From Trichoplax adhaerens (Eukaryota > Animalia > Placozoa): DNA of 64,000 nucleotides. Below, one piece after another: positions 14,001 through 26,928 of the stretch. The translations under genes were made by a program, and so were the position numbers. The notes beneath the pieces were generated by a model. That model worked only from the letters and a program-made list of their open reading frames with translations, was not told the DNA's origin and did not search any database. The DNA is taken from the NCBI RefSeq assembly GCF_000150275.1, contig NW_002060947.1:4330335-4394334 (forward strand). Direction: 5' to 3'. Within the stretch, counting starts at the first letter, position 1, and the number at the start of each line of letters is the position of its first letter.

Positions 14001-16873
14001 AGATATGAAGTCCAGTTTCAAGATTTTCAAGAATGTGGCGGTGCTTACATCAAATTATTATCGGCATCTGACAAGCTTAAATTGGTTAGATTATAGATTG
14101 ATATTTTTGACCAATACGATAGCATTTATTTTGTACTTATTTAATATCTAATATTTTAGGAAGAATTACATGATAAAACTCCCTATACAATTATGTTTGG
14201 TCCTGATAAATGTGGTGAAGAAAAAAAGGTAGCCTGACAATATAATTTATCGTACATGATGCAATTTTACGTTTTAAAAAAAATTTTACCAAGGGAAATG
14301 AATATATCTTTAATATATATTATATTTTATTATTAGCTGCATTTCATATTTCGTCATCAAAATCCTGTAACAAATGAATTCGAGGTCAGTTGTGGCTTTA
14401 GTCTTATTAGAATAATTTAAATCTACTATTTAAGGCAAATTGATTACATATCTACACAATATTTATCGCATTCTGTATGTAATAATAAGGAAAAACATGC
14501 CAAAAAACCAGATGTGGATATTGGCAAATTTTTCGATGATAAAACACATCTGTACAAACTCGGTTCGTACCCTTAACAGTTCTTTAGATGTTGATGGGAT
14601 GATTTATAAAGATTAATTATTAAGTTTTAATTCTTATTTTAATAAATAGCAATCTTTCCTGACAATACCTTTAAGATCTTTGTTGATGGGGAGTTGGTCA
14701 ATTCGGGTAGTTTGCTAGAAGATTTTCAGTAAGTCGTAAAGTATAGCTTATTTTGATTTGTATTCAGTTACTAATTTGTATCCATCATGGTATACAACTT
14801 ATTATCTGATTCACTAACTGATTTATTAACTCTATCTTATAGACCTCCTGTGAATCCTCCAGAGGAAATTGATGATCCTGATGATAAGAAGCCAGACGAG
14901 TGGGATGACCGGGAAAAGTATGTATACTGTATTGTGTTTGATAACATTGAAAATCAATTTATTATAACTATCTTGAAATTTTTTTAGAATTGACGATTCG
15001 GATGCTCGAAAGCCTGATGATTGGTATTTTGCTAAATGCTATTTTCAAATTTACAAGAAATAATTAATATACAAACGCTTCATCGATGGTTGCTACATAT
15101 GTATAGGGATGAAGATGAACCTATGGAAATTCCTGATCCGGCTGCTGTAAAACCCGAGTCGTGGTTAGATGATGAACAACAATATATTGCTGATCCAACT
15201 GCTAAGAAACCCGATGACTGGTATATTGAATAGATTGATTGCTTTATCACTGAAGTGTATTACTTCCATCAAGATAGTCTTTTAGTGACCTTTGCAGGTA
15301 GTACAGTATGCTAAATTATCTACTTGATGAAATATCTTATAGGGATGCAGAAATGGATGGAGAATGGGAACCGCCTTTAATAGGTAGAAAAAGTTGACAA
15401 TCAATAGGTCTTTCTACTGTAAGCTTTTATTTATTATTCTAATTTTGTTATAGATAATCCTAAATGCAAAGAAAGTGGATGTGGAGAATGGAAGCCTCCT
15501 AAAATTCATAATCCTAAGTTTAAAGGTAAATGGATCGCACCAAAGATTGAAAATCCTAACTATCAAGGTGAATGGAAACCGAAGAAGATCAAAAATCCGA
15601 ACTACTTTAATGATGAACATCCTTTTACAATGACTAGTATTGTAAGTTTAATTAATCGATCATTATATGAAATGTGTGTGCAAATTATCCGATTTTATCA
15701 GCTCTAATTTATACCAAAATTATTAGGCTGCACTTGGCTTTGAAATATGGTCAATTAGCCCAGATATTTGTTTCGATAATATTCTAATCACGTCTGACGA
15801 AGCAGCAGCTGAGAAAGTTGCTGTCGAAACGTATGTAAAGATGGATTATTGACTTTTGAAGCTACTACACTGAATTAAAATATTACTCTTTCAGCTGGCA
15901 AACGAAAAATCAACATGAGAACTCTGTTAGTTCAGTAAGATTTAACAGCTTCATTTATGAAAACGAAATTATGATAGTGATTTTAATTAATGTACGTTTG
16001 ATAATATTTAACCTAATACCTAGGGATCCTTCTTATCCCGATTTGCTGAAGCTGCTGAAGAGAAACCTTGGCTGTGGGTTGTGTACGGTATAGGTCTCAC
16101 TGTTCCATTTGCCATTCTTGGATATCTTTGCTTTCCTAAGAAGGTCTGCTAAATATTTCGCAACTTTTTTATCAAGGATCAATTATATGCATTCGCCAGT
16201 ATTAAACTAAGCATAAGTCAAGGATGATTAATAATAGATGATTCAATTTTTAAATAACAGCGTGACGAAGCTGCGGAAAGAAAACGAACTGATGCGCCAT
16301 CTCCTGATGATCCACAAAGTAGCAGAGTAAGAATAATTTTTTTACCGATGGTTTATAACTACAATTATTACATATTAATTTAATTTAATATTCGAATAGC
16401 AGGAAGAACGAAGAAATGAGAATGAATCTACCGAAGAACAGGTAATTATTACTCTGTAGAGGTTATTCTATATAATTTCTTGACGTTATTCTCGATATAT
16501 GTTGTCCAGCCTTCTCAAGCCGCAACTGGTGGAAGTGATGCAGGTGGCACAGAAAGCGTAAGTGAGGGTACTGCGGCCGCATCAGAGGTAACTGTAATGT
16601 ACTTAATCGTTTTCACACATCACATTTTTTTAATATTATTGTTATGTAATGATCGATAGAGAGATAAGGAGGAAGAAGAATCAAAAGAAACGGAGAAGAA
16701 GAAAGTACCGGAACGAAAGTAATGGAATTAAAATATTGAACTGTTTATGCAGTAGTTACTATAAGTATTTGCATTCACGATAATACTATTGATTACATTT
16801 TATAATTATTTTCCTTTGATTATATAATTATAGATCTTCGCCACGTAGACGGAAAAAAACGCCAAAAGACTAA
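11097..16873 (+). CDS. CANX: Calnexin, ~20 short coding exons; probable 5'UTR exon ending near 10910
   Basis: Signal peptide, then [10 protein letters not shown]...AKYDG, QYEVQFQ...[24 protein letters not shown]-domain repeats ([24 protein letters not shown]), TM segment [24 protein letters not shown], and an acidic tail ending [11 protein letters not shown]. Confidence 0.95.
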
Positions 16874-18549
16874 ATTTTATTGAAACGTTTAGTTTAAAGA
16901 CGTTACAGCCATATTTATCATGTTATACATCTATTTAGTTCAGCTTTTAATAAATTTGTTATTTTGCGTTTACCCTTTTTCAAAGTGTTTGCATTGGCCT
17001 TTTAGTTGGAATAATTATGATGAGTACAATTTTACCATGTCTTTAAATTTTACGTTAGCAGATATAAAGTAGTTACCCAATTGTAGATTTACAGTGATAA
17101 ATTCCTAAAATTATCGCTGTTATAAAGTTATCGTCAATTACTGAATTTTGCGAATATTGAGCGTCACAGTAAAGTCATTGTTTGATATAATATACGTACT
17201 TATCTTATGTTAAATGTTTACGATAAGGCTATTAACTAGTTATTTACTTAGATATTCGTTTTATTTCTAATACCTATCTTATCCGTTGCTAAGCTCGAGC
17301 TTTCGGTTAAAATTATATATCAAGGCTTGCGTTATATAATAAATAAATAAATTGAATTGTTTGTTAATACAGTAGATTGTGATGGCACGAACAGTACGGT
17401 AATTAGCTTCTTGGCAATGAATGAAATTGTTCATTTGTAGATTGATCATAATTATTTATAGCTGCCCTAAGTAATTAAGATGATGAGCATTTCCCATTTT
17501 TACTTAAATTGATTTGTACAAATAATAAAATTAATTAACATACTATGTTTGATAAATAGTTTACATCATTGCTAGACTAGCATAATTTACAACACTGTGT
17601 AACCGCATGCATCATAGTTCTTAAGGTACCTGTACGTTGAGCACCAATATACAGCATTGTGCCCGTGGTGAATTCACCTAGCAAAGCTACGATTTTAAAT
17701 ATTTTCTTCGATTATAATTAGTAGTAATTCCAAAACTAAATTATATCTATGTAAGTGCAAAATTAACGAATCTCGTAAACTGCTGTAGAAACAAGATTAA
17801 TATATACTTTTACTTCAACTGAAAATGATGATATTTCGATCAAGATCGCATCAGATCGATGCAAAAATACTGTTGATTTGTTATCATAAATATATAATAT
17901 ATATTATCAACTTTTCGCTAGAAGTGATGTCACCCTGGCATTTCTTACAATGTAATCATCTATTAGAAATTACTGATATAAAACCATTAAGACACAAAGT
18001 AAATTAAATTTAACTGTTTAATAACAAGATTTTAGCAGCCGTATCTACCATCACTAACAAGGTTTAATTCGAATCCCATTTATTTATTCCAGTAGCTAAG
18101 TCGAAAGCTTTACATGTTTCATATGCATTTGCTCAGGTAGGACAGAGCTCAAATCATATGGGCATATGACACTTCGTTTTCTACATGATTCATCTCAAAT
18201 GCAAGAACAAATAATTGCCCTATGATCGAAATTAGTAAAATCAAGCTATCAATTATATTTACTGTACAATAAGTTGCTACCAGTAAAGTAGTCAATACTC
18301 ATACAAAAATATTTATTTTTCTAGTAAAACTAGGGCAGAAAGTATAGAAATTATTTGTTCTCTTCGTTATGAAAAATATTAATTAGGAACCATAATAAAT
18401 TACATTAAGGCAATATCTGTCTTGTATCATCTTATATAGATATTCCTAATAGCAGACGCATATCATAATTCAGGCATAGAATTGCCTTTCCAGTTTCTAA
18501 ACAAAGTACCATACTTTCGCTCTTGCGGCGAGCATTACATCCGGTTATC

Positions 18550-21500
18550 CTAAACCTTGATATAGATCTAAACCAGAAATTTCAGTTAATACAATTAGTT
18601 ATAATGTATCACACGATTTGCAATAAAATCAGTTTCATAAAAAGAGATATATTCATAATATGATATAATCGATGATGCAATACAGCTAAAGAAATAGCTC
18701 ACTTACGGTATACGAATACATTTCACATATGTTAGAATTTTTAGAGAAATTCTTAATTCTTTTTTACTGCATGATAGTAGTATTAACGTGAGACTAAACT
18801 TCGTGAACACAGTTCATAGACTACACTTAGAATCCTGCACTGCTTCAGACGATACGTATGTTTTAAAAATTAACTCGAGTTCTTATCTTATTCAAACGCA
18901 AATCAGTCCGAGATACTACAGCTTAACAATGCATTTCAAATTTATGATGTAGTAATAATGTTATTACGTTGAAAGGTAACCTACCCATCCTATTATTTAT
19001 TTTGCTATTTTATAACTATTGAAACCTTTCAATCAATTACCAGCATACAATAACATACTTTTCTGAATATAACCCACGACATCGAATTCTGAAGAATATT
19101 AATCTTGACTGACGATATCTTTCCCATTTTATTATTTTTAACGAAGATGTGATAAAAGTTTCCATGATTAAATTTTCCAATATTGACAAAATTTTCGGTT
19201 TTAATTTCTTTCCCGTCTTGTAACACTAGTACTTCGGCATTATTCAAAATATCACCTGGATGTTCACTATTGCCACTTAGGATACAAATACTAGAAGATA
19301 AAAAAGATACTATGCAGTTAGACGATATATTTGTCATAAAGATTAACATCATTACGCGCATTCAAACTGAAAAACAACGCACGAAGATGAATTAGACCTT
19401 AAAAGCAAATGTTGCAAGCAGCTTGTAATAAATACTGATGTAAGCACATAAAGGTCTGATAGCAACACTCATAAAGTAAGTATAGTAATATTAAAAGAAA
19501 CATTTGAGAGTACTGTACTATATAGTACACGTATGTCTCACCAAAATACTAAAATTGCAGATACCTTTAAAATAAAGTCTGTAAAGAAAATTTTACCGAG
19601 TTAATTGCTTGTATAAATAATTTCACTCATACTTTTGTTTAACACATGTATGGCACAGATCAACAGCATAAGTGGCATCTGTTATGCACTTTATATAGTA
19701 ACTATGGAGCATGTTTGGACTGAAACATGTTCAGTCGCCGCTTTTAAAAAAGTAATGACAGCTAGTGGTGGCAGGGATGTACTAAAAAGTCACCAGTAGC
19801 CTCTAATGGCAAGTGTTTGTTGCTTTACCTGCGTAACTCGACAGGCTTCAGCAATTGAATGTCTATGAAATCTCCTTTAATAGGTTTTATGCCCCAAAAC
19901 ATTCCTTTACCATTATAAGCAAATTCAATGGAATAACTTTGATGATGCTTTATGGTGGTTTTTATTTTAGCTGGAGGATTATTATGAGCCACAAACAGAT
20001 TACCCATCCTAAATGATTTATCCTAGGCAAAATGAAATATTTTTAATCAAATAAGACAATAACCGAGAACTAATCACGTCAATAAAAGAAATCGTCTTCT
20101 CATTTAACAGTAAAGCTAAACTATCAACTCCACACACGTGCTAAATTACTAACGCTAGCGTCTTAGTAGTTAACAAATCCTTAATGAAAGCTGATATGTC
20201 GGAATCCTAACCTTCAATGGCTGAACTTTACCAGCTAGCGAGGAATGCTTTCCGACGTGTTGAAATAGTGAAGGTCGAAAACGTTTAGATAATTTCTGTT
20301 TCTGAAGAGAACAGTGTCGCTGGAAATTTATAAAGAAAATATTTTAGAAGTTCCATTTTAATAATACAAACTTAATCAATTCAAACTAGATAAAAATTCA
20401 AGACTAAATTGTTGCATGTATGAACGGGTAAAAATACTACATTCGAAATTATGCGAAGATCTGTTGACCAATACCATTGATTTATCTATTGAGCAAACTT
20501 TAGAATATAAAATATGATCTAGAAGCCAATCGCAAGGTTGGTCTTTATGAAACATTAACATGTAATTAACCATGTAAACTAAATTTTCAGTTCGGAACAA
20601 TTTACCTATCAATACAAAAGATTATATATACATCAATTGTTAAGTACCATCAAAACATGTATCTAAAAAGAAAAACAACACAAAATTTGAAGAATAAATG
20701 CTACTCTATTCTTATAATAGAGTAGTTTGTATTTACCAATAAATCCTAATTGCGAAAAGAGCAAAACAAACCACTGTTGATTGCGTTGTTTCATAGCGAA
20801 ATTCTTCATTTTAGAGATACAGTTAGGAGCAGAAATGACGTCATCTTCTAGCTAATTTGTAGCAGAAAGCGCGTTATTATAAACATCGAAAAACAACAAT
20901 AATTGAGAAAAAATATGTATTTACAATTTATTCAACTTAGTAATATATTGTTAGCAAATAGGTATAAGTAGAGGGTACTAGCTGTAATCCATTTGATATC
21001 AAAATAGGTTCCTACTTTAATTATAAAAGTTAATAACCAGCTGTCACGGTGCGAACTACCGTGAAGAAATAGCTATCTAAATTTGGTTAATATAATATAG
21101 TGATATTATATTACAACTAGTTACTTACAATAGGAATTACTCTAATTATAAATGTGTTACAGTAAATTTAATGCTGTGCTGTAATGTGTACTGAAATGAT
21201 TCTGTGAATGGACATATTGTAGTCCGACTGTGAAAAACTAGTTAGTAGATGTTCTCACCCAAGTATTTTTATAAGATGACTTGTGAATGTTAGCTGCTGT
21301 AGAAGGGTATATAAGCCCGTCAGATAGTTGAATAAAGCAGTTCTCAATTGTCTAGTTGAGTTTAACGTAGAATCAAAGGCGTCTAAATTCTTGTGAGTAG
21401 GGATACTGAATCCCGGAGACTATAGTAATTTAGAGATTTGTTTTACGTTATCCTTGTCACGAAGCTGGTTTGTGACACCAGCATTAGTCTGCCAAGGCAG

Positions 21501-24500
21501 TTGATGACGCTGATGAACACTTAGTTTTACCTGAACGTAGTAAACGCCCTTGTTCATAACGTACATCATAAGGTAAGCATAATCCAAATTTTGTTTAGTT
21601 CTCCATCTTAAGTTATACATCATAACATAATTTTTGTTAGAATATTTTTAATGATAGATGAAAAGAAGAGTTTAAAATTTTATTATTTGCTACCTAACAC
21701 GTTGTATATTGTCTCCTAACGTCAACGGCAGATGAGTAAGATCTGGATAATAGTCAGCTGCAGGTGCAATCATTTCTAAAAGGCCTGATGCAATGTATTG
21801 GCTAAACCTTTGCAATAAATCATTAAGTAATGAACTTAATACAAATATGTAACACGCCGAGAAATGTAATATTGCTATAAAGATAAGAAATATTTTCTTA
21901 CTTATCCGATAAGACTTTAGCGGTATCCTTGATAAATTTCATATTCGTCTATACAGTAGTTAAGGAGAAACAGACTTTCAATAATTCGTATATTATAATA
22001 TAACGCTAAGGAACATTCCATACAGATATTTGTTGCTGTAATACCCGTATTCCAACATTAGTATATTGTAAGTAAATTTTAAAGTTACCTTTGTCTTTTA
22101 AATTGGTAAACTAGTACTCAAATTAATGAATTTATGATTGACCATGAAACAGATGAGTATTAAAAGGATATTAACTGTATATACTTACCTCGGCTATAAA
22201 AACTACTACAATAGTGATTTCCTTTTCTTCATCAGACATACTATTAAATAGGGATCCCAAGGTCTTAACCAAATAGCTTTCTTTGCTTCTTTTAACTGTT
22301 GGAATGCCAACCACTATCGTGGCTAAAAGCACAAATATATACAAAACTATTATGATGAAATCAAGTTATTTCATTGACCTATTTTGGAGTTGGTTTAGCG
22401 ATAATCAGATTAGCAAGTCTTCTAGTAACTAATAAAGCTGCGTTTATAGTTTTATCCCATTTAAACTTATATTCGAAGAGGCTGAATATAAGTAGGACTA
22501 CTAAAACTTTAGAGCTATCAAACAATTTATCCTCTATTGATATTAATACATTATATATTTTCAGTTTACATTATTCCTCATTCTTTCAAATAAAATATTT
22601 TTATCGTAAGGTACACCGAATAATACAAGTTTACAACTTGTTCTTTTCTGACGTACAAGCAATAAACAAAATAACTTGACGTCTCAATTTAAATTCATAT
22701 CAGAGCACCGAACTTTCATTAGATTATTTATTGCCTTATTTAAAATATATTTTCCTGATTTTCGGTTAATAATAAATTTTTATTTACCTCCTAACTTATT
22801 CTTGCCAATTTTTAATGACGGTATTAGGGCTTGCGGTTTCTTCTTTAGATGAGGTAAATAGTTTTGAATTGATGGCGCATGAATTCGATTCGATAGTGAC
22901 ATATCAGCCGATTGTGCAGTTGTATTGCTCAATAGGTTATAATTATTACTGATAGGCAGAAATTTTTGCTGCTCACTAGCTAATCGATCCTTTAATTGCA
23001 AGACTTCATTCGATTTAATTAAAGAATTTAAGTCAGACTCTTGTAGTTGCGATTTTAATTTTTGAATTTCGTCTTCATACTTTCTGGCTGAACTACCTAG
23101 AATGATTACATGACATATATTTAAGTAATTCTAAATGCCTATCTACGTAAAGATATAAAATATGTATGCCACATAAATACAATTCTCATCATTTACAACC
23201 AGACTAGTTAACTGCCTAATGCTCTATATCAATATTAACTGTAAGTAATAATAATTAATCGTATAATAAGTAATTTTGATACCGCTACTAATATTGTGCG
23301 CTACATCTACTGTTATCTTAAGCATTGTATCGCCTACAAAGTAGTACAGTACAGCAAAGGCAAAATACTCTGATAATTATATAATTTAAGGACATTATAC
23401 AGACATATAAGTTAATGTGATAAGATCACTAGGCTGTTTGAAGTCAAAAACTTCATGATGTTAGCATATACTACATTACCGAGAATAATTTAAATTCAAC
23501 TTTCATGGCTATCAATTTATATACGCATATATATCTCTACAGTATTATTACGTAACACTATTTTCTCATAGCATGTCTAAGCAGCAATGAATTTTCAAAA
23601 ATATAAATAGTACAAATTATTAATTGCTACTCAAATTGTATTTGAAGAGCAAGGGAAATGGAGAAGAAATGTCGATAAAGACGTAAAATAGTGATTGATA
23701 ACGGAAATCATCTTGTTGGTCGATTTCAATTAACTATAGCAAGCATCAATTACTAGTTAATGTTCTATTTGGTGTCCTATTTTTAACGGTAGTAAAGGAA
23801 TACAATAATTTCATTCAATTACGATGCGTTAGTATGGAGACACGAAGAGCGATTGACAAAGGGGCTCGCGTTGATACGTCGATGGTCGAGTTTAATTAAC
23901 TGTAGTATGCCAAAATTACTACTCATGTTATATTTGGCATTATGTACTTCAATAATAGTAGAGGGAAAAAATTTCTTAACTTAATGTACAATTCATTGTA
24001 TAGTACTATCGCTGCTACAATTACAACGTGTTAGCATGGACAAGAAATAGCGATTGATCAAGGGGCTCAAGTTGATGGTCAATTTTAATTAACTTTAGTA
24101 TGTCAAAATATTATTAATGTTATATTTGGTATCATTTACTTTAATAATAGCAAAGGCATGAAATCTCTTAATTTAATGTATAATTGTACAGGACTGTCGA
24201 TATTGCAATTATAATACGTTAGCATGGATAAGAAACAGTGATTGATGAAGGGGATCATGTTGACACGTTGATAGTCGATTTCAGTTGACTGTAGTATGCA
24301 ACAATTGCTACTAATTGATATTATTTTATGGTATTGAGGATTATCCTGCAACAGTATTAGAATAAGCATCAAACCTTTTCATTCCATGTACAATTACAGT
24401 ACTGTATGATCGGAAGCTGCAATTAATTACTACAAGGCGATAACATTAATCAAAATACTCGACCTTGTCGGAATATAGCGATCCATAAACAACAAATAAT

Positions 24501-24545
24501 TATCACGAGTAGTATCAACATCGACGAATGCGCTCGCCTAAGCAT
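18550..24545 (-). CDS. MGAT4: MGAT4 / GnT-IV family (GT54) GlcNAc-transferase, full-length paralogue with C-terminal lectin domain
   Basis: Type II signal-anchor exon ([25 protein letters not shown], 24545-24464). Motifs [47 protein letters not shown], then NPPAKIKT...SGNSEHPGD...WVIFRK. Last mini-exon IYIKV* is less certain. Confidence 0.9.
23690..24330. repeat. Degenerate intronic tandem repeat, ~190-200 bp, 3-4 copies
   Basis: gttagcatgga..aagaaa.agcgattga...aggggctc...gttga...ttaactgtagtatg recurs at ~23826, ~24028 and ~24216, with a weaker copy near 23690. Confidence 0.7.
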
Positions 24546-25072
24546 GTTTTGTAATGGAAGATTTATCCTGCCAGAATGTGCTGTCTCTAGTGCATGTAAA
24601 AATTGATCCCAATGAGATTGTCCACCAATGCAAGCGTTAGTATTTCACCTTGGCTGCCAGTGTACCGGTAGTACCATGTAAGGAGTAGCATTGACCAATG
24701 ACAAGGCCAACAATTTTTCTCCGTTTAAGAATATTATTATTTTAAATCATTCCAGTCAGAAATAGTTCATTCGACAGCTGAAATTGCTTGTATAATAATC
24801 CTTTTAACAAATTAAATTAATGATGTGTAAGCGCTTGAGAACTCTTTGAAAGTTAATCAAACTTGTTATTATTGATGCACTCAATCAAAGATAGACTTGG
24901 ACACTATGACGTCGATTTAGGCATAAAGAATCAATCATGAATGAATACGTTAATGTGGACCATTAACTGAATTCCAGTTGGATCTTTTGGATAATAAAGT
25001 CGTTAGTAAGACAGAGTGATTTATAATTCCGTCATTGGAGCTTTTATTAAGTTGAAAATTGAAAGGATATGA

Positions 25073-25182
25073 GCGGCCATTCCCCGAGAAGACCAGAAGA
25101 ACGGACCAGCCGCAAGTAGAAGTTTGCTTCCTTGACGGGACAGGCATACTTTTGATCGAGTAGCCCTGACACCCTGTCCGTC
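25073..25182 (-). ncRNA. Candidate structured RNA element (two GC-rich hairpins), family not recognised
   Basis: Minus strand GACGGACAGG...CCUGUCCCGUC (25182-25134) and GCGG-CUGGU-CCGUUCUUC...GGGGAAUGG-CCGC (25113-25073). Several mismatches are G-U pairs only on the minus strand. Confidence 0.35.
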
Positions 25183-25221
25183 TGAATTTCATCGAATTGG
25201 CTTCCACTCAGTTAAAACCTG

Positions 25222-25282
25222 ATACAGTACTGAATAAGTTAGCACTGTAGTGTACAGTATATAGTACTGTACACTACAGTAA
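25222..25282. promoter_or_regulatory. TACAG/CTGTA cluster, probable promoter of the full-length MGAT4 paralogue
   Basis: tacagtactg...ctgtagtgtacagtatatagtactgtacactacagta, ~700 bp upstream of the ATG and flanked by GC-richer sequence. Confidence 0.45.
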
Positions 25283-26928
25283 GTATGGAGGGGCTGAGCC
25301 AGGGCCCGCTGAGGTCCTGCAAAAGACTACGAAAGAGAATCGAGAGTTGTTCCTGATTTTCAATTCGAGATACTTTTCAAAGTATTGAAATACTTTGAAC
25401 GATGTTTTGCTTGTACCTTGTCAGACTAGTTAACAGCAGTCTGTGTTAATATTAAGAAATTGCAACTCGTCCGTTGTGCTGATACAGTTCGCCAGTTCAC
25501 TGCCAACGGACCAGCTGCGTGCTCATACTTACAGTAGTCTGAAATCGAATCTTCGATATGACTGCCCACTTCTGCACAACAAGTTCCACCGCGGTTAGAA
25601 GTTACAACTGTACATATACTGAGTGTTAGTAAGAGCGAGAGAGAGAGAAAGTACAGTGGAAAAAATCTACCGGTTTTACTTGAGTAGTTCCTGGTAGAGT
25701 AATGTCCCGTACTAAACTCGACGATGGACTGATCACTCTTAAGGTGAACAGACACTTTCGGCCTCATCTCATCAAAATATTCGGACAAACACTTGGTTGT
25801 GATAGGGACTTAAGTATGCAGATGGTCCATTCTGAATTGACTGATTTTGTTCTAAATTAAGTAATATTACATTGAATCTTACTATCTGTTACTAAAGTTC
25901 TACTTAGAAACAGTTCTATAAGATCGTAAATGTTATTTAAATTAGTACTATTGATGTAGAAAACAGATATGGAAGATTCATACTACAGTAATTAGCGATT
26001 TTTCGACATTAATGCCATCATTTGGTTAGGAACTCCGTCTGTCTGAGGGAGGTGATCAGTCCAGGTCTCCTTCTAACTGTATGATACACTGCATAAACCT
26101 CTCTTCTTTCAATTGACTGATCAACTTTAGTCATTCAGTTTATATATTAAGAGGTGATTACGTAGTTCAGCTACGTAATAGCTTTATATCATCGCAACAT
26201 CAACTTCATAGCCTTTAGCTTGGGTATTAAGACAAATATGTATATTTCAATCCTTTCCAAAAATTTGGAATCATTATCTTTAGTTGCATATTAAACCAAT
26301 TTACTTTCCGACTACACCAGGTAGTATTGAGGCTCTTGGATAGTAAACTACTTAGCCCCAATTACAGCATTATTCATTAATCATCTAAATTCTGACTGAT
26401 ATGTATCTATCTGCATTAGCAATAATACTGTATGCTCTGATATTAGTGATTTTTACCGCCCATTACAAATAATATAAATGATACCTTCTGCAGTTGTAAT
26501 AATTGTAATCGTAATAGAACCTAACCGTTTCTTATCTAAAGTACGATTTCGGACATTGCATTAGCACTACAGGAAACAATGGTTCATCAACAGTCCCACT
26601 GTAAATAGCATATCACAAGCTTAAAAATCATTTAACATCTGTCATTAGAGAATTTTTAAATATAATACAAAACATATTTAGTTCATCTACAACTAGAATG
26701 AAATACAGTATTTCATCTAAAACGCAGAATCCTCAAGTTGACCGGGCTCCGATGTAACAATATACTAAAGATGTACAAGTTGCTACTAGTAACAAAAGAA
26801 TCGCAATTTAATAGCAATAAATAGACATCATCAAATAAAAACTAAAATTTTATATCCATAACATAGATATCGCTAAAAAAAGATATACATTGACTTCAGT
26901 TGCTTCAAAACCTCTGTTATATGACGCT

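Noticed and set aside
25062-25070. U12-type AT-AC intron in the MGAT4 5'UTR
   Set aside because: The donor consensus ATATCCTTT is present, but I found no convincing TCCTTAAC branch point with an AC acceptor before the ATG exon.
25110-25175. SRP-like GUCAGG/AAGGAAGCA motifs, or an H/ACA snoRNA
   Set aside because: Motif spacing is incompatible with SRP helix 8, and there is no ANANNA hinge or terminal ACA.
25750-25780. Hammerhead ribozyme-like UGAUGA...GAAA on the minus strand
   Set aside because: It lacks the CUGAUGA core and the required flanking helices.
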